A stretch of 64,000 nucleotides of DNA, taken from Mobula hypostoma (taxonomy: Eukaryota). The number at the start of each line of letters is the position of its first letter. The first letter of the stretch is position 1. The translations under genes were made by a program, and so were the position numbers. Shown here piece after piece: positions 48,681 through 60,150 of this stretch. The notes beneath the pieces were generated by a model. That model searched no databases. It had not been told where the DNA came from and saw only the letters and a list, made by a program, of their open reading frames with translations. Location of the stretch: assembly GCF_963921235.1 (NCBI RefSeq), contig NC_086097.1:133488001-133552000 (forward strand). The letters run 5' to 3'.

Positions 48681-49302
48681 TAAAACCCACCTTGAAACAG
48701 TATAACATCCTCACCTAGTTGGTTCATGACCACTCAAATTAGAGAAGGAGAATTTGGATTGGCACTGAGAACCTTGAATCGATCTTTGGAAGCACAATGA
48801 TGCTTAGAATAAAGAGTAGAAGGAGTGCTCCAAACATCCCGTCCCTCTGCTCTGTCAAGCACAACCTACTCCAGCTGTGCTAGAGCTAATACCCTGTAGT
48901 TGTCATCAGCCACCACAGATTCCATGTGCCCACAGTGGAAGCGAATCATCCTCAATCCTAAGGGATCACTCACGGAGGTGAAGACTATACTGGCAGCAAA
49001 CTCAGCTCTTCAAACTCTACTTTCAAGATCCAATTGCTGAAGTTGTGAAGAGATTTCTGTGGCATTTTGAGTTTTGTTAGATTCAAACACAGCGATCTTG
49101 AGAAGAAGAAAGAACAAATTTTAGATAGACTGAATTCAGAGCCTTCAATTTCATTAGAATCTTGGGTTTGCCAAAAACTAGTGTGACTTTGGGCTTCTCA
49201 TGTAATTTATTATGATTACAACCTGATATATTATTTACAGCGTTCATTCCTCTCACTGTTCAGACTTTTCTAACTGTGTTACATTGTTTATTATCTTAAT
49301 AC

Positions 49303-50678
49303 TGTCATGGTCCGGTCCGTGAAGTCTTCATTCCGGTTCACGGTCTGGTCCGTGGACTCAGGACTCCGGGTCTTCCAGCTGTCCCTTGTTTGGTTGAGTT
49401 AATCATAGGCACCTGATTCCCATCTTGGGGCTTGGAGTATAAGTGGCCTTAGGGTCGAGTATGGGCTACTGGTTTGTCTTGTCAAGATTCCCTGAGAGCA
49501 ACCTGCTGGTGGAAGGCTAGAGTGGCCACTTGCTATCTTTAGGCTACATTAGAGAACCATTGCTTCATGGAGCCTTGCTGTCGGTAGTCAGAGCCGTCTT
49601 TGCGGTATGGATTCAGCCGTTTTCCGGGCCAGTTGAGTGGCCGTCAGCCACTCCGAGCTAGGTAGGGATCCAGCTGTTTCCATAGCCAGCCTAGGTTGCT
49701 GGCCGTAACTGCAACTCAGAGCAACCCCGATGCAGAGATGGAACTGTCTGTCGTTCTTTGGTGTTTGTTTCTTCTTGTCCCCACCTCAGTGGGGTAAATC
49801 AGGCTGTTCTGCCGTTGCCCTGTGGGGGGATCTGTCTTGTCTTGTCCTCGCCTCCGTGGGGTAAGTCAGGCCGTTCGGCCATTGTCCTGTGGGGGGATCT
49901 GTTCTGCTTGTCCTCGCCTCCATGGGGGTAATTCAAGCCGTTCGACTATTGTCCTGTGGGGGGATCTGTCATGTCTTGTCCTCGCCTCCGTGGGGTAAGC
50001 CAGGCCGTTCTGCCGTTGCCCTGTGGGGGAACCTGTCTTGTCTTGTCGTTGCCTCTGTTGGGTAAGTCCGGCCATTCTGCCATTACCTGATGGAGGGACC
50101 TGTCCCACCTTGGTGTGGAGATGAAGTTGAGTCCCGGCTTGTCTAAGGATAAGTCCCGGCTCTATGTTTATGTTCTGTCCAGTCTCATGTTGGTGTCGTG
50201 TTAAAGATGAGTCCCAGCTTTTCAAAGGATAAGTCCTGGCTCTATGTTGATGTAGAGTTCCCAGTCTGTCTCCAATTTCCAGCCTCCGAGTTCTCAGCCT
50301 CCGCATCTCAAGACCCAGGACCCCAGCCTGTCTCCAAGCTCAAGCCTCAAGACCCCAGCCTGTCTCCAAGCTCAAGCCTCAAGACCCCAGCCTGTAGTCA
50401 TGTCATGTCCTTGCCTGGTTTTGGGGCCTGAGCCCGAGGCAAGACCCAGGTTCTGGGTCCTTGTCCAGTCTCTGGCTCGGAGCCCAAGTCCAGGCTCCTA
50501 GTGCATAGTACCTTGTCCGGGTTCCCTGTCTTGTCCATGTCCTAGCCCAAGTCTGCTTTCTTGTCCCTGCTCCTTGTCTGTATCCTGTCATGTCCCTACT
50601 CTAGTCAAGTCCTGTTCCTAGTACTTCAGTGTCTGTGTCTTGCATTTGGGTCCGCCATCAACGGCCTCCATTGTGACA
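49303..50678 (+). mobile_element. Solo LTR (1376 bp, Gypsy-type) with internal tandem repeats
   Basis: TGTCA...TGACA termini; perfect 5-bp TSD AATAC (49298-49302 and 50679-50683); TATAAG near 49438. Confidence 0.93.
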
Positions 50679-50759
50679 AATACAGCCTTCTTCCGCTCGC
50701 CATATCTCCACAGTCGCTTATCTGAACTGCTACTACTTTTAGCTGAAAGTGGTACTGAT

Positions 50760-51045
50760 AAAGCTCGAGGACAGAGCTTTATGGTGATAAAGGAAGAGTT
50801 TAAAGGAGATTTACGAGGCAAATTTTACACAAAGAGTTATAGGTGTCTGGAACATGCTGTCAGGGTAAGTAGTGGAAGTAAACACCATCACAAAATTTAA
50901 GAGGCATTTAGACAGACACATGCAGGGAATGAAAAGATGTAGACCATGTGCAGGCAGAAAAGATTAATTTGGATTGGCATCATGGTCAGCACAGACATCA
51001 CGGGCCACAGGGCCTGTTCTCATGCTGTATTGTTCTATGTTCGTA
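50760..51045 (+). mobile_element. CR1 3' end
   Basis: RGQSFMVIKEEFKGDLRGKF; TTCTATGTTC tail. Confidence 0.8.
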
Positions 51046-52714
51046 GAAAGTGACAAACTGTTTCCTGTTAGCTGGCAAACCTCAGACAAGGAACAGGAAT
51101 CAGAAACAACCATTCAGCACTAGGATGATGAGACATTTCTTCATTGTGAATGAGTCTTTGGAATTTTCTACGTCCAAGGGCTGTGGAGAATCAATTGTTG
51201 AGTTTGTTCAAAACCTGAATAATAAATTTTCTGTGAAAGGAAAATTGAGAAGTGGGAGACTTAGTGGAAGTTATGGAATTGCAGAAAATATCTGGAGCAG
51301 AAGGAGAGAGTTTGGTCCATTGAGTCTCCACTGGCTTTCTGTAGAGTAATGCCTCAGTTCCTTTTTCCAGTTCCTCCACACAGCCTTACAAATCATTTGA
51401 TTTCAAGCCTATGTCCAATTGATTTTGGAAATCAAAGCGGAAAATGCTGGAAACACACAGCTGGTCAGGCAACATCTGTTGAAAAAGAAAAGTTTAACAT
51501 TTCAAATCCAGGACCTAACTCAGAATATTCACAAATCCCTGCAGGCTGTCAGTTCGAGATCCCCACCATTGTACTGCTCTCCATGTGTGTGAACTAGGAA
51601 GATCGCAATTCAGCAGCAAGCAAAACTCCACTCGGTTGAACATTGGAGTGAGGATATAGTGTCCAAGCTCCAGATGCTTTATTAGACAGCACTCACTCAT
51701 ACAATTGCATGGAGTAAAACTGAGAGAGCTAGAAAATTACCATAAGTATTTAATGCAGCAAACTTTTGACAATTAAACTGAATATTCATAAAAAATTAGG
51801 AATTTAATGAAGCTAGACTGACATGTAAAATATCCAAAAATATACACAATATGAGCAAGAAGATATTTGAAGTATGTGAAAAGATTAATATCATGTACAA
51901 ATTCCTCAAATTACCAAGGCAGGTCAAACTCTATACTGATAATCAGGAATAAACATTTACATAATATCAACACAAAATATTGCTTAGATAGTGTTCTCCT
52001 TTATGACCTAAAAGAACACTCGCATATGAAAGAAAGACAATACAGGATTTTGTCTATGTATTTCAATCAGATGGAAAAACTCTACCAAAAACAAAATGGC
52101 TTCCCTCCTGATGTGGTCCAATTAAATTCAAAATTAAAGTTGGCAACGCTATCAAAATAAAAGTAGGCAGAACTATATTTCAAAATAAAAGCCTGAAGAA
52201 CCACTCTGTGCATAAAGACTTTTTGGCTCACTCCAATGTGACTACTGTTTTCACTCCATGTTCCCTGGAGTTTCTGTTACAAAACAGACACAGACTGAAG
52301 GGTTTTCACAACCCATTTTAGCTCCTGCTTTGTGTATAGTGTGGGTACAAGGATATGAGAAATAGGAGTAAGATTGGCTCATTGCAGCTTGCACTGCCGT
52401 TCAACTAGGCGGTGGCTATATTTCTACCTCAGCCCCATTGTCTTGTACCATTTTCACATCCCCTTGATTCTTCTTCAGTCTGTTTTCCTTGAATTTAATG
52501 AATGGGCAACCACATGCCTTCAAGATGAAAAATTCAAAACATTAACCAAAATATGTGCAATATACACCAGCCCCCATCATTCCAGACACGTCAGCAGGAT
52601 CTCCCAAAACTGGGTCAGTCAAAACTTCCATATCATAATATTGGATGAGCTGTTGAACTGATCTACTCTCTGATTCTACCTGCCTTCTGAGGGAGACGCA
52701 AAAGATCAGTGTGT

Positions 52715-53477
52715 GTAAAGAAATTGAAGTTAGTGTGGTTTAAATTCCTTGGTGTTATCATTTTAGAGGACCTGCCCTTGACCCAGCAGGTACTATGTGC
52801 AATTACATAGAAAGGATGGCAGCACCTCTACTTCCTTAGAAGTTTACGAAGATTCAACATGACATCTAAAACTTTGACAAACCTCTATGGATTTGTAGTG
52901 AAGAGTATATTGACTGGCTGCATTACATTGGAAACACCAATGCCTTGAATGGAAAATCCTACAAAAAGTGGTCCGTTATGGGTAGAGCCCTTCTCCCCCA
53001 TTGACCACATCTACACGGAACATTGTCACAGGAAAGCAGCATCCATCATCAGGGACCCTCATCACCTGGGCCATGCTTTCTTCTCACCTCTGCCATCAGC
53101 AAGAAGGTACAGGAGCCTCAGCACTCACAGCACCAAGTTCAGGAACAGTTATTACCCCTCAACCATCAGGCTCTTGAACTTCAGAGAGTAAATCCACTCA
53201 TCTTCACTTGCCCCATTATATGTTCCTATAAACTATGGAAACATTTTAAAGGACTCTTCATCTCATGTTCTTAATAGTCATTGCTTACTTATTTATTATT
53301 ATTATTTATTTTGTATTTGCTCAGTTTATTGTCTTTTGCATACTGATTGTCCATTGTTCATTGGGTGCAGTCTTCCATTTATTCCATTATGTTTATTAGA
53401 TTTATTGAGTATGCCCATAAGAAAATGATTCTCATGTTTGTATATGGTACTTTGATAATAAATTTACTTTGAACTTT
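52715..53477 (+). mobile_element. Rex/Babar 3' portion
   Basis: [57 protein letters not shown]; tail GATAATAAATTTACTTTGAACTTT. Confidence 0.85.
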
Positions 53478-53898
53478 CACAAGGCATTGATTGTTATGGT
53501 GCGAGGCATCCAAAGCCCATATCAGATATTTGGCTTTGGTACTTATAAGGGAACCTGTGCATCTGCCTGTCCTAGCTTGGCACAATATTGGTATTGAGCA
53601 GGAAATCTATCCACAAGGTCCTGGGTAATACTTGTTAGTTAATAAACTCTGCTTTTACACTCTCACATAACCTTAAAGTTTTAGAGGGTTTGAAAGTATG
53701 CAATTTGAGCCTTTGATCCATTAAATCCATGTCAACCACTCAAATACATCAAATCCTACATTCGTCTTAGTTTTTATTTTCCTCAGATTCTCATCAGGAC
53801 CCCCAGATTCTACCATTCACCTACGCACTGGCAGCAATTTGTAGCAACCAATTAATTTACCAATCCATTCATCGGATGTGAGAAACCCATGAACACGC

Positions 53899-54043
53899 TG
53901 GGGCTCTGCCACTGTAAAGCCAGGGCTCTGCCACTGTAAGGCCGGGGCTCTGCCACAGTTAGGCCAGGGCTCTGCCATTGTAAGGCCAAGGCTCTGCCAC
54001 TGTTAGGCCGGTGCTCTGCCACTGTTAGGTTGGTGCTCTGCCA
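53899..54043. repeat. Minisatellite, about 7 x 22 bp
   Basis: GCTCTGCCA recurs every 22 nt from 53903 to 54035. Confidence 0.95.
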
Positions 54044-54499
54044 GTTGCACCGCAGTGTCACTTTTGGGAGTTTTCTATGTGCAAGCTGCTGCATATATCA
54101 TAGAAATAACTGCACTTCAAAGGCACCGTATTATATAATTGGAAGATCTAGATACTGGTGGAACAGTTTTGAAGGGCTGTATGTCCAACTCCTACTTCTA
54201 TCAACTAAGTGTACGAGTGAAGAGGACTTGATATGTTTTGCAAGAGTTAAAATTATATATTGCAGTTACATCAAATTTCTATGTAATATGATATTGTATT
54301 GAAACCAAATCCACTAAAATTCATAACAGACACAGGAAGTGAGATAAACAATTTATGTTATCAACAGCAGCATAGCTGTCACAATGTGAGGGAACAGCAT
54401 GTAAGATAAATGTAACCTTGTTAATAAGCAAGATGCAATGCTCCTTGATTTAAAGTTGTTCAGCACTGGTAAATTAGAAGGAAAACAAATAGTGTGCAG

Positions 54500-54625
54500 A
54501 GCAACACACACAAAATGCTGGAAGAACTCAGCAAGCCAGGCAGCATCTGTGGAAAAGTGTAGGGTCAATGTTTCAGGCTGGGACCCTTCAGCAGGAATGG
54601 AGAAAAAAGGACGAGGAGTCAGAGT
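54500..54625 (-). mobile_element. Penelope-like 3' end with degenerate hammerhead
   Basis: Minus strand CCTGCTGAAGGGTCCCAGCCTGAAACATTGAC and GATGCTGCCTGGC.TGCTGAGTTC.TCCAGCATTTTG. Confidence 0.8.
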
Positions 54626-54943
54626 TAGGACAATCCACTATGGACTGTGAAGCACCCTCAATAACTCCAGAAGACTGAGGTTTGGTAAAACACCGAAAGG
54701 CTTTTACTTGCTGTACAATACGACCTCCATGGTGAGTGTCTGCCCCCGGACTGAGGGGGAGGGGCAAGGCGAAACACCTTTATACAGGTTCTGTGGGAGG
54801 AGCCACAGGGACAGTCAGCAGAGGGGCGTGTCCAGACAGTTAACCCAGTTACAACAGATATATGGTTTACCACATTTACCCCTCCCCTTTTAAAAAAGAG
54901 TCCCGCGGGGTGAAGTGACTGACAATATTTAAAACAAGTATAT

Positions 54944-56994
54944 TTACAGGTCAAGTATATCAGGCGGTCGAGTCCGTCGCTGTGATCTATGTAGCACCGG
55001 TGGTGATTGCATCGGCGACGGCGGTTGTGCTGGCTCCGGCCTGACTTGAAGTGCCAGCACGTTAGGCGTTGTTAATCCCTCGTGCGTGTGCGTCGCGCCC
55101 AGTATGGGAGTGTCGTTTGGTGTCTGTGTCAGTTTTGGAGTGCGCGGTGTCTTGTGGTTACATACATCGGTGGGTACGGGGTCAACAGTTACCACAGAGT
55201 GTTCAAGGTAGGGGCCCGGTGCTCCTGTGGGCGCCAGGTCGCGGATGGAGACCGTGTCCTCCTGCCCATCAGGTAGAACCACATAGGCATACTGAGAGTT
55301 CGCATGAAGTAAGTGAACCCTCTCGACCATCGGGGAGTATTTATTGCTCCTCGCATGTTTCCGGAGCAGCACTGGCCCCGGGGATGTCAGCCAAGATGGT
55401 AGGGTGGTTCCAGTGGTCGACTTTCTGGGAAAAGAAAAGAGCCGCTCCTGAGGGCTGGCATTGGTGGCCGTGCATAACAGGGAGCGGATGGAGTGGAGTG
55501 CCTCGGGAAGGACCTCCTCCCAGCGGGAGACCGGCAGTCCCTTTGACCTGAGGGCTAAGAGTGTGGCTTTCCACACCGTGGCATTCTCCTTCTCCACCTG
55601 TCCATTCCCCTGGGGTTATAGCTCGTGGTCCTACTAGTTGCAATTCCCCTAGCCAGCAGGTATTGGCGCAGCGTGTCACTCATAAACGAGGACCCTCTGT
55701 CACTGTGGATATAGCATGGGTATCCGAACAGAGTGAAGAGCTTGCGCAGGGCTTTTATAACTGACGTGGTAGTGGTGTCGGGGCAGGGGATGGCGAAGGG
55801 GAACCGCAAGTAATCGTCAATAACGTTAACAAAGTACACATTGCGGTCGGTGGAGGGAAGGGGGCCCTTAAAGTCAACACTCAGTCGCTCAAAGGGGCGG
55901 GTGGCCTTGATGAGTTGTGCCTTTTCGGGTCGGTAAAAGTGCGGTTTGCACTCTGCACAGACTTGGCAGTCCCTGGTCATCGTCCTGATCTCCTCAAAGG
56001 AGTAAGGCAGGTTCCGGGATTTCACGAAGTGGAAAAGCTGGGTGACCCCCAGGTGGCAAAGATCTACATGTAGGGCGTATAGCCGGTCGATCTGTGCGCT
56101 GGCACACGTTCCCCGGGATAGGGCATCGGAGGGCTCGTTGAGCTTCCCAGGCCTGTACATGATGTCATAGTTGTAGGTGGAGAGTTCGATTCTCCACCTC
56201 AGAATTTTATCATTTTTGATTTTGCTCCGCTGTTGATTATTAAACATGAGTGCGACTGAGTGCTGGTCAGACAGCAGGGTGAACCTTTTGCTGGCAAGAT
56301 AGTGCCTCCAGTGCCTAATAGCTTCCACTATGGCCTGGGCCTCTTTCTCCACCATGGAGTGCCGAATTTCAGGGCCTTGAATGGTACGGGAGAAGAACGC
56401 CACTGGTCTTCCCGCCTGGTTGAGGGTAGCAGTCAGCGCAAAGTCGGAGGCGACACTCTCTACTTGGAGGGGAATGGCCTCATCCACCGCATGCATTGTT
56501 CCTTTGGCAATGTCTCCTTTTATGCAGCTGAAGGCCACGTGGGCCTCGGCTGAGAGGGGGAATGTGGTGGACTTGACCAGGGGGTGGGCCTTGTCTGCGT
56601 AGTTAGAGACCCGTTGGGTGTAATATGAAAAGAAGCCCAGGCACCTTTTGAGGGCTCTGAGGGTGTTGGGAAGAGGGAGTTCCAACAGGGGGCGCATACA
56701 GTCGGGGTCAGGGCCAATGACTCCATTCTCCACGACACACCCAAGGATAGCAAGTCAGGTGGTCCCGAATACACACTTGTCCTTGTTATAGGTGAGGTTG
56801 AAAGCTTTGGCCGCTTGGAGAAATTTTTAGAGGTTTTTGTTGTGATCCTACCGGTCGTGACCGCAGATGGTGATGTTATCCAGATATGGGAACGTGACCT
56901 TCAGTTGGCACTGGTCCACCATCCGGTCCATTGCCCTCTGGAAGACAGATACACCATTCATGACAACGAAGGGGACGCGCAGGAATTGATAAAG
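54944..56994 (-). pseudogene. pol: Gypsy pol remnant (C-terminal RT, RNase H, integrase) with three stops and a frameshift
   Basis: YQFLRVPF, YLDN, RPVAFFSRT, EKEAQAIVEA, HVDLCH...CQVC, VDFKGP, HSDRGSSF, NPRG/NGQVE; in-frame stops between 56850 and 56750 and a frameshift near 55605. Confidence 0.92.
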
Positions 56995-57894
56995 CAGGGA
57001 AGATGGCGGCCCCCATGTCTCGCACGTGGTGGCGGCGTGCAGGCAAGATGGCGGCAGGCAAGATGGCGACCGCCATGTTTCACACATGGCGCTGCTCGAT
57101 CCCGCTCGCGGTTTGGACTTACAGACCTTCGCAAAGTGGCCCTTCTTTCTGCAGCTGGAGCAGGTCGCTTCCCAGGCCGGACAGCGTTTCCGGGGGTGTT
57201 TCTCCAATCCGCAGAAGTAGCACTTCGCGGTCTCGCAACTGGTGGCAGCTGAGGTCAATTCGCCGGCCGGTTGCGGGGACTTGCGACTGGCAGCAGCCGA
57301 GGTCGATTCGCCGGAGGGTTGCAGGGTCTGTGGTGCCCACGAGGTCATCGGGGGATCGCGTGCCTGGAGAGCCTCAGAGTTGTGCAGAGCGGCCTCCAGC
57401 GTATCAGCCAGCTCGATCGCCGAACTTAAGGTAAGATCGGCTTTTTCCAACAGCCGCTGGCGCACATACACTGACCTGGTCCCCGTGACGAAGGCGTCTC
57501 TCACTAGGAGTTCTGCATGCTGTGCTGTCGTCAGCTCCTGGCAATTGCAGGCTCGCACGAGCGTCTGTAGGGCTCGGACAAACTCAGCACTTGATTCCCC
57601 GGGCCGTTGTTGCCGTATCGCTAAGCGGTGCCGAGCATAGACGCTGTTTATCGGCCGCTGGTATTGTCCTTTGAGGGCACTCATTGCACCATCGTAGTTC
57701 GGCTGATCTCTGATCAGCGAATAGACCCGTGGACTGACCCTGGAGAGTAGAACTCTGCACTTCGCTATGGTGTCGGTCGCTTTAATCTCCTCTAGGTACG
57801 CTTCGAAGCAGGCCAGCCAGAGCTCGAAAGCGTTTCCAGCTTCAGGTGTTTGCGGGTCGAGGTCTAACTTGTTGGGTCTCAGTGAGTGTTCCAT
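56995..57894 (-). pseudogene. gag: Gypsy gag with two CCHC zinc knuckles
   Basis: RQQRPGESSAEFVRAL, VRDAFVTG, CYFCGLEKHPRKRC, CSSCRKKGHFAKVC. Confidence 0.9.
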
Positions 57895-58624
57895 GCTTTA
57901 AAATGTACAGTGAATAAAATTGAAGCACCTTCAATAACTCCAAAAGACTGAGGTTTGGTAAAATACTGAAAAGCTTTTATTTGCTGTACAATACGACCTC
58001 CATGGTGAGTGTCTGCCCCTGGACCGGGGGGGTGGGGGGGGGCGCGGCCAAGGCGAAACACCTTTATACAGGACCTGTGGGAGGAGCCACAGGGGCAGTC
58101 AGCAGAGGGGCGTGTCCAGACAGTTAACCCAGTTACAACATATATATGGTTTTCCACCGAGTGTCTGGTTGGATTAAATAAGATGCTGCTTTTATATCAG
58201 GAAAGATATATTCTGAATTACAATGAGTAAATGAAAATTACCAAAGGTGCACCCAAATCAGTCTTCTCCCTAGTGGAGAGCCCAGTGGACTTCAGTTATG
58301 AGATGGACAACTCGGGGTGCCTCTTTGAGGTCCATTCCAGAACTTGGACCTAGCCAAACTGACTCCAGAGAAATTCACAAACATGTTAGATGTGGAGAGA
58401 CAGTGAGACATGGGATGGTGTCCTGCCTTTTGCCTCCCTTCTGTGCCCGGAAAGGACTGGAGAAATCACACATGGAGGCCTTCACTAAACGATCACAACT
58501 AGTGGGCACCATGAGGAAATTTGGTGCACACCAGGAGTAAGATCATAATTTAGTTTCCATTCACGTTTTTTGGAGTAATTGAGGAATGAAATATCTGTTA
58601 ATTTTGTCTGTATACTGAAGTATT

Positions 58625-58985
58625 GTCATGGAGTAATACAGATTGGAAACAGGTCCTTTGTCCCAATTTATCCATGTCAAACAAGATGTCCATCTAAGCT
58701 AGTCCCACTTGTCTAGTTTTGGCCCATATCGCACAAATGTACCTGTACAAGTGTTTTTAAAATGCTATTATTGTACCTGCCTCAATAACTTTCTTTGACA
58801 GCTTATTCCATATAAACAGTACCCTCTATGTGAAGAGCTTGCACCTCAGGTCCTTTTAAAACTTTTTGCTCTCGCTTTAAGCGTATACACTTTAGTTTAT
58901 GCTTCCCTTTCCCAGAGAAAAAGGACTGAGAGCATCCACCTTGTATATGCCCCTCGCAAATTTATACACCTTTAATGGGATGGCG
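58625..58985 (-). mobile_element. CR1 3' end
   Basis: Reverse LKVYKFARGIYKVD and typical tail. Confidence 0.7.
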
Positions 58986-59834
58986 ACAGGGGAATGAGAT
59001 TTCAAACATTTGTTGTGTAGTTTATTGCTTATTTCTGATTTCAGCCTGGTACTTTCTATTGAGTAATCACATTTGCAGTTGCTGCAAGACATTTTCAGCC
59101 AAAGTAGTGCTGGCTGGAAAGCAAAGCATGTTAGAATGCAGAAATATCAATTAAAAGCTCAAATGGTAATCAATCTTCAGTACTGATATAACCAGTGTTG
59201 TATATTTAATGCTATTATCACTGTCCTACATATAAAGACTGGGCTCTATGTCAAAATGCTGTTATTCATTCATGCTTCAGTTAGGAAATGTCATGATTTA
59301 AAAATACTCTTCCCTGTTTTCCATCGCTCCATAGTCCCAAACTCAATCCCAATAATCCCTTCCAGCTTCAGGGCTCTTTGTACTCTTACAATTTTGGCCT
59401 ATCAATAAATTAAAGTTTTACTTGCTCTATCACAGGCATTCTGTAGCTCCCAAGCCCCCCCAGAAGGGGAAATCTCTCCCTGAACCTTTTGTCCTCTTAA
59501 CCTCCACTGTGCACTGCAGGTGCTCTCTAAACCTACCTTCTTTGATTGGAACGCTCCTTCATTTGGTCTAATTTCCTCGTAGTCTGATTTGATTATGTTT
59601 ATTTGAAGCACACTTGGACTATCCTTGCTCTGTTAAAGAAGCCATATAAATAAATGTTACTGCTGGTGATTCCCCCTGCCCATTAGAAGAGTTTCTTTTA
59701 GGATTTCAGTCCATCAATATTGAAAGCCAAAAGTAAAGAGTATTAGAAATCTGAAACTGAAATAGTAAACGATGGATGTATTTAGAAAGCCAGGCAGATA
59801 TTTTGACTAACGTCCATTGTCCTCACTTACATAG

Positions 59835-60150
59835 GGTCATGGAGTTAAATAGTCTGAAAAAGGTTCCTTCAGCCCAGCAAATTCATGCTGGCCATTAGCT
59901 ATCCACTTATACGAACCCTGCATTCATCATTTTTTTAATGCACGCCTCATCCTCATCAGCTCCCCTTCGCCTCCACATTCTACCATTCATGTACACACTC
60001 AGGGTACCTTACAGCAGCCAGTTAATCTGAGACATGGGAGGAAACAAGAGCACCCAGGGAAAATCCATGCAGTCACAGGAAGAATCTTCAAACTCCACAC
60101 AGACAGCACCGGAGGTCAGGACTGAACCCGGGTTTCTGTCACTGAGGCAG
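59835..60150 (-). mobile_element. HE1/V-SINE-type SINE, decayed
   Basis: TGGGAGGAAAC..GAGCACCC.GG.AAATCCATGCAGTCACAGG.AGAA...CAAACTCCACACAGACAGCACCGGAGGTCAGGACTGAACCCGGGT. Confidence 0.75.

Larger units (their letters stand above)
46150..48985 (+). mobile_element. Old RTE (BovB-like) LINE, RT through 3' end, with two nested insertions
   Basis: KKEDKFVCSKYRGISLPSIMGKV, ILLRFGCLQKF, GELFNL, LQHTDD (YADD position), GLMLNIHK, YTSEMCTTYRRHL, RFKDA and a terminal cysteine/histidine remnant. Confidence 0.8.
54648..58158 (-). mobile_element. Ty3/Gypsy LTR retrotransposon with both LTRs, internally deleted
   Basis: LTRs 54648-54874 (3') and 57921-58158 (5'); PPT AGGGGAGGGGT near 54878-54889; flanks GACTG/GAGTG; domain order gag-RT-RNase H-integrase. 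Confidence 0.95.

Noticed and set aside
49866..50306. 146-aa minus-strand ORF
   Set aside because: Translation of the tandem repeats within the solo LTR
53899..54043. CRISPR-like periodic repeat
   Set aside because: No unique spacers, 22-bp head-to-tail units, vertebrate context and no cas genes
55069..57640. Plus-strand ORFs inside the Gypsy element
   Set aside because: Antisense shadows of GC-rich gag-pol with no independent motifs
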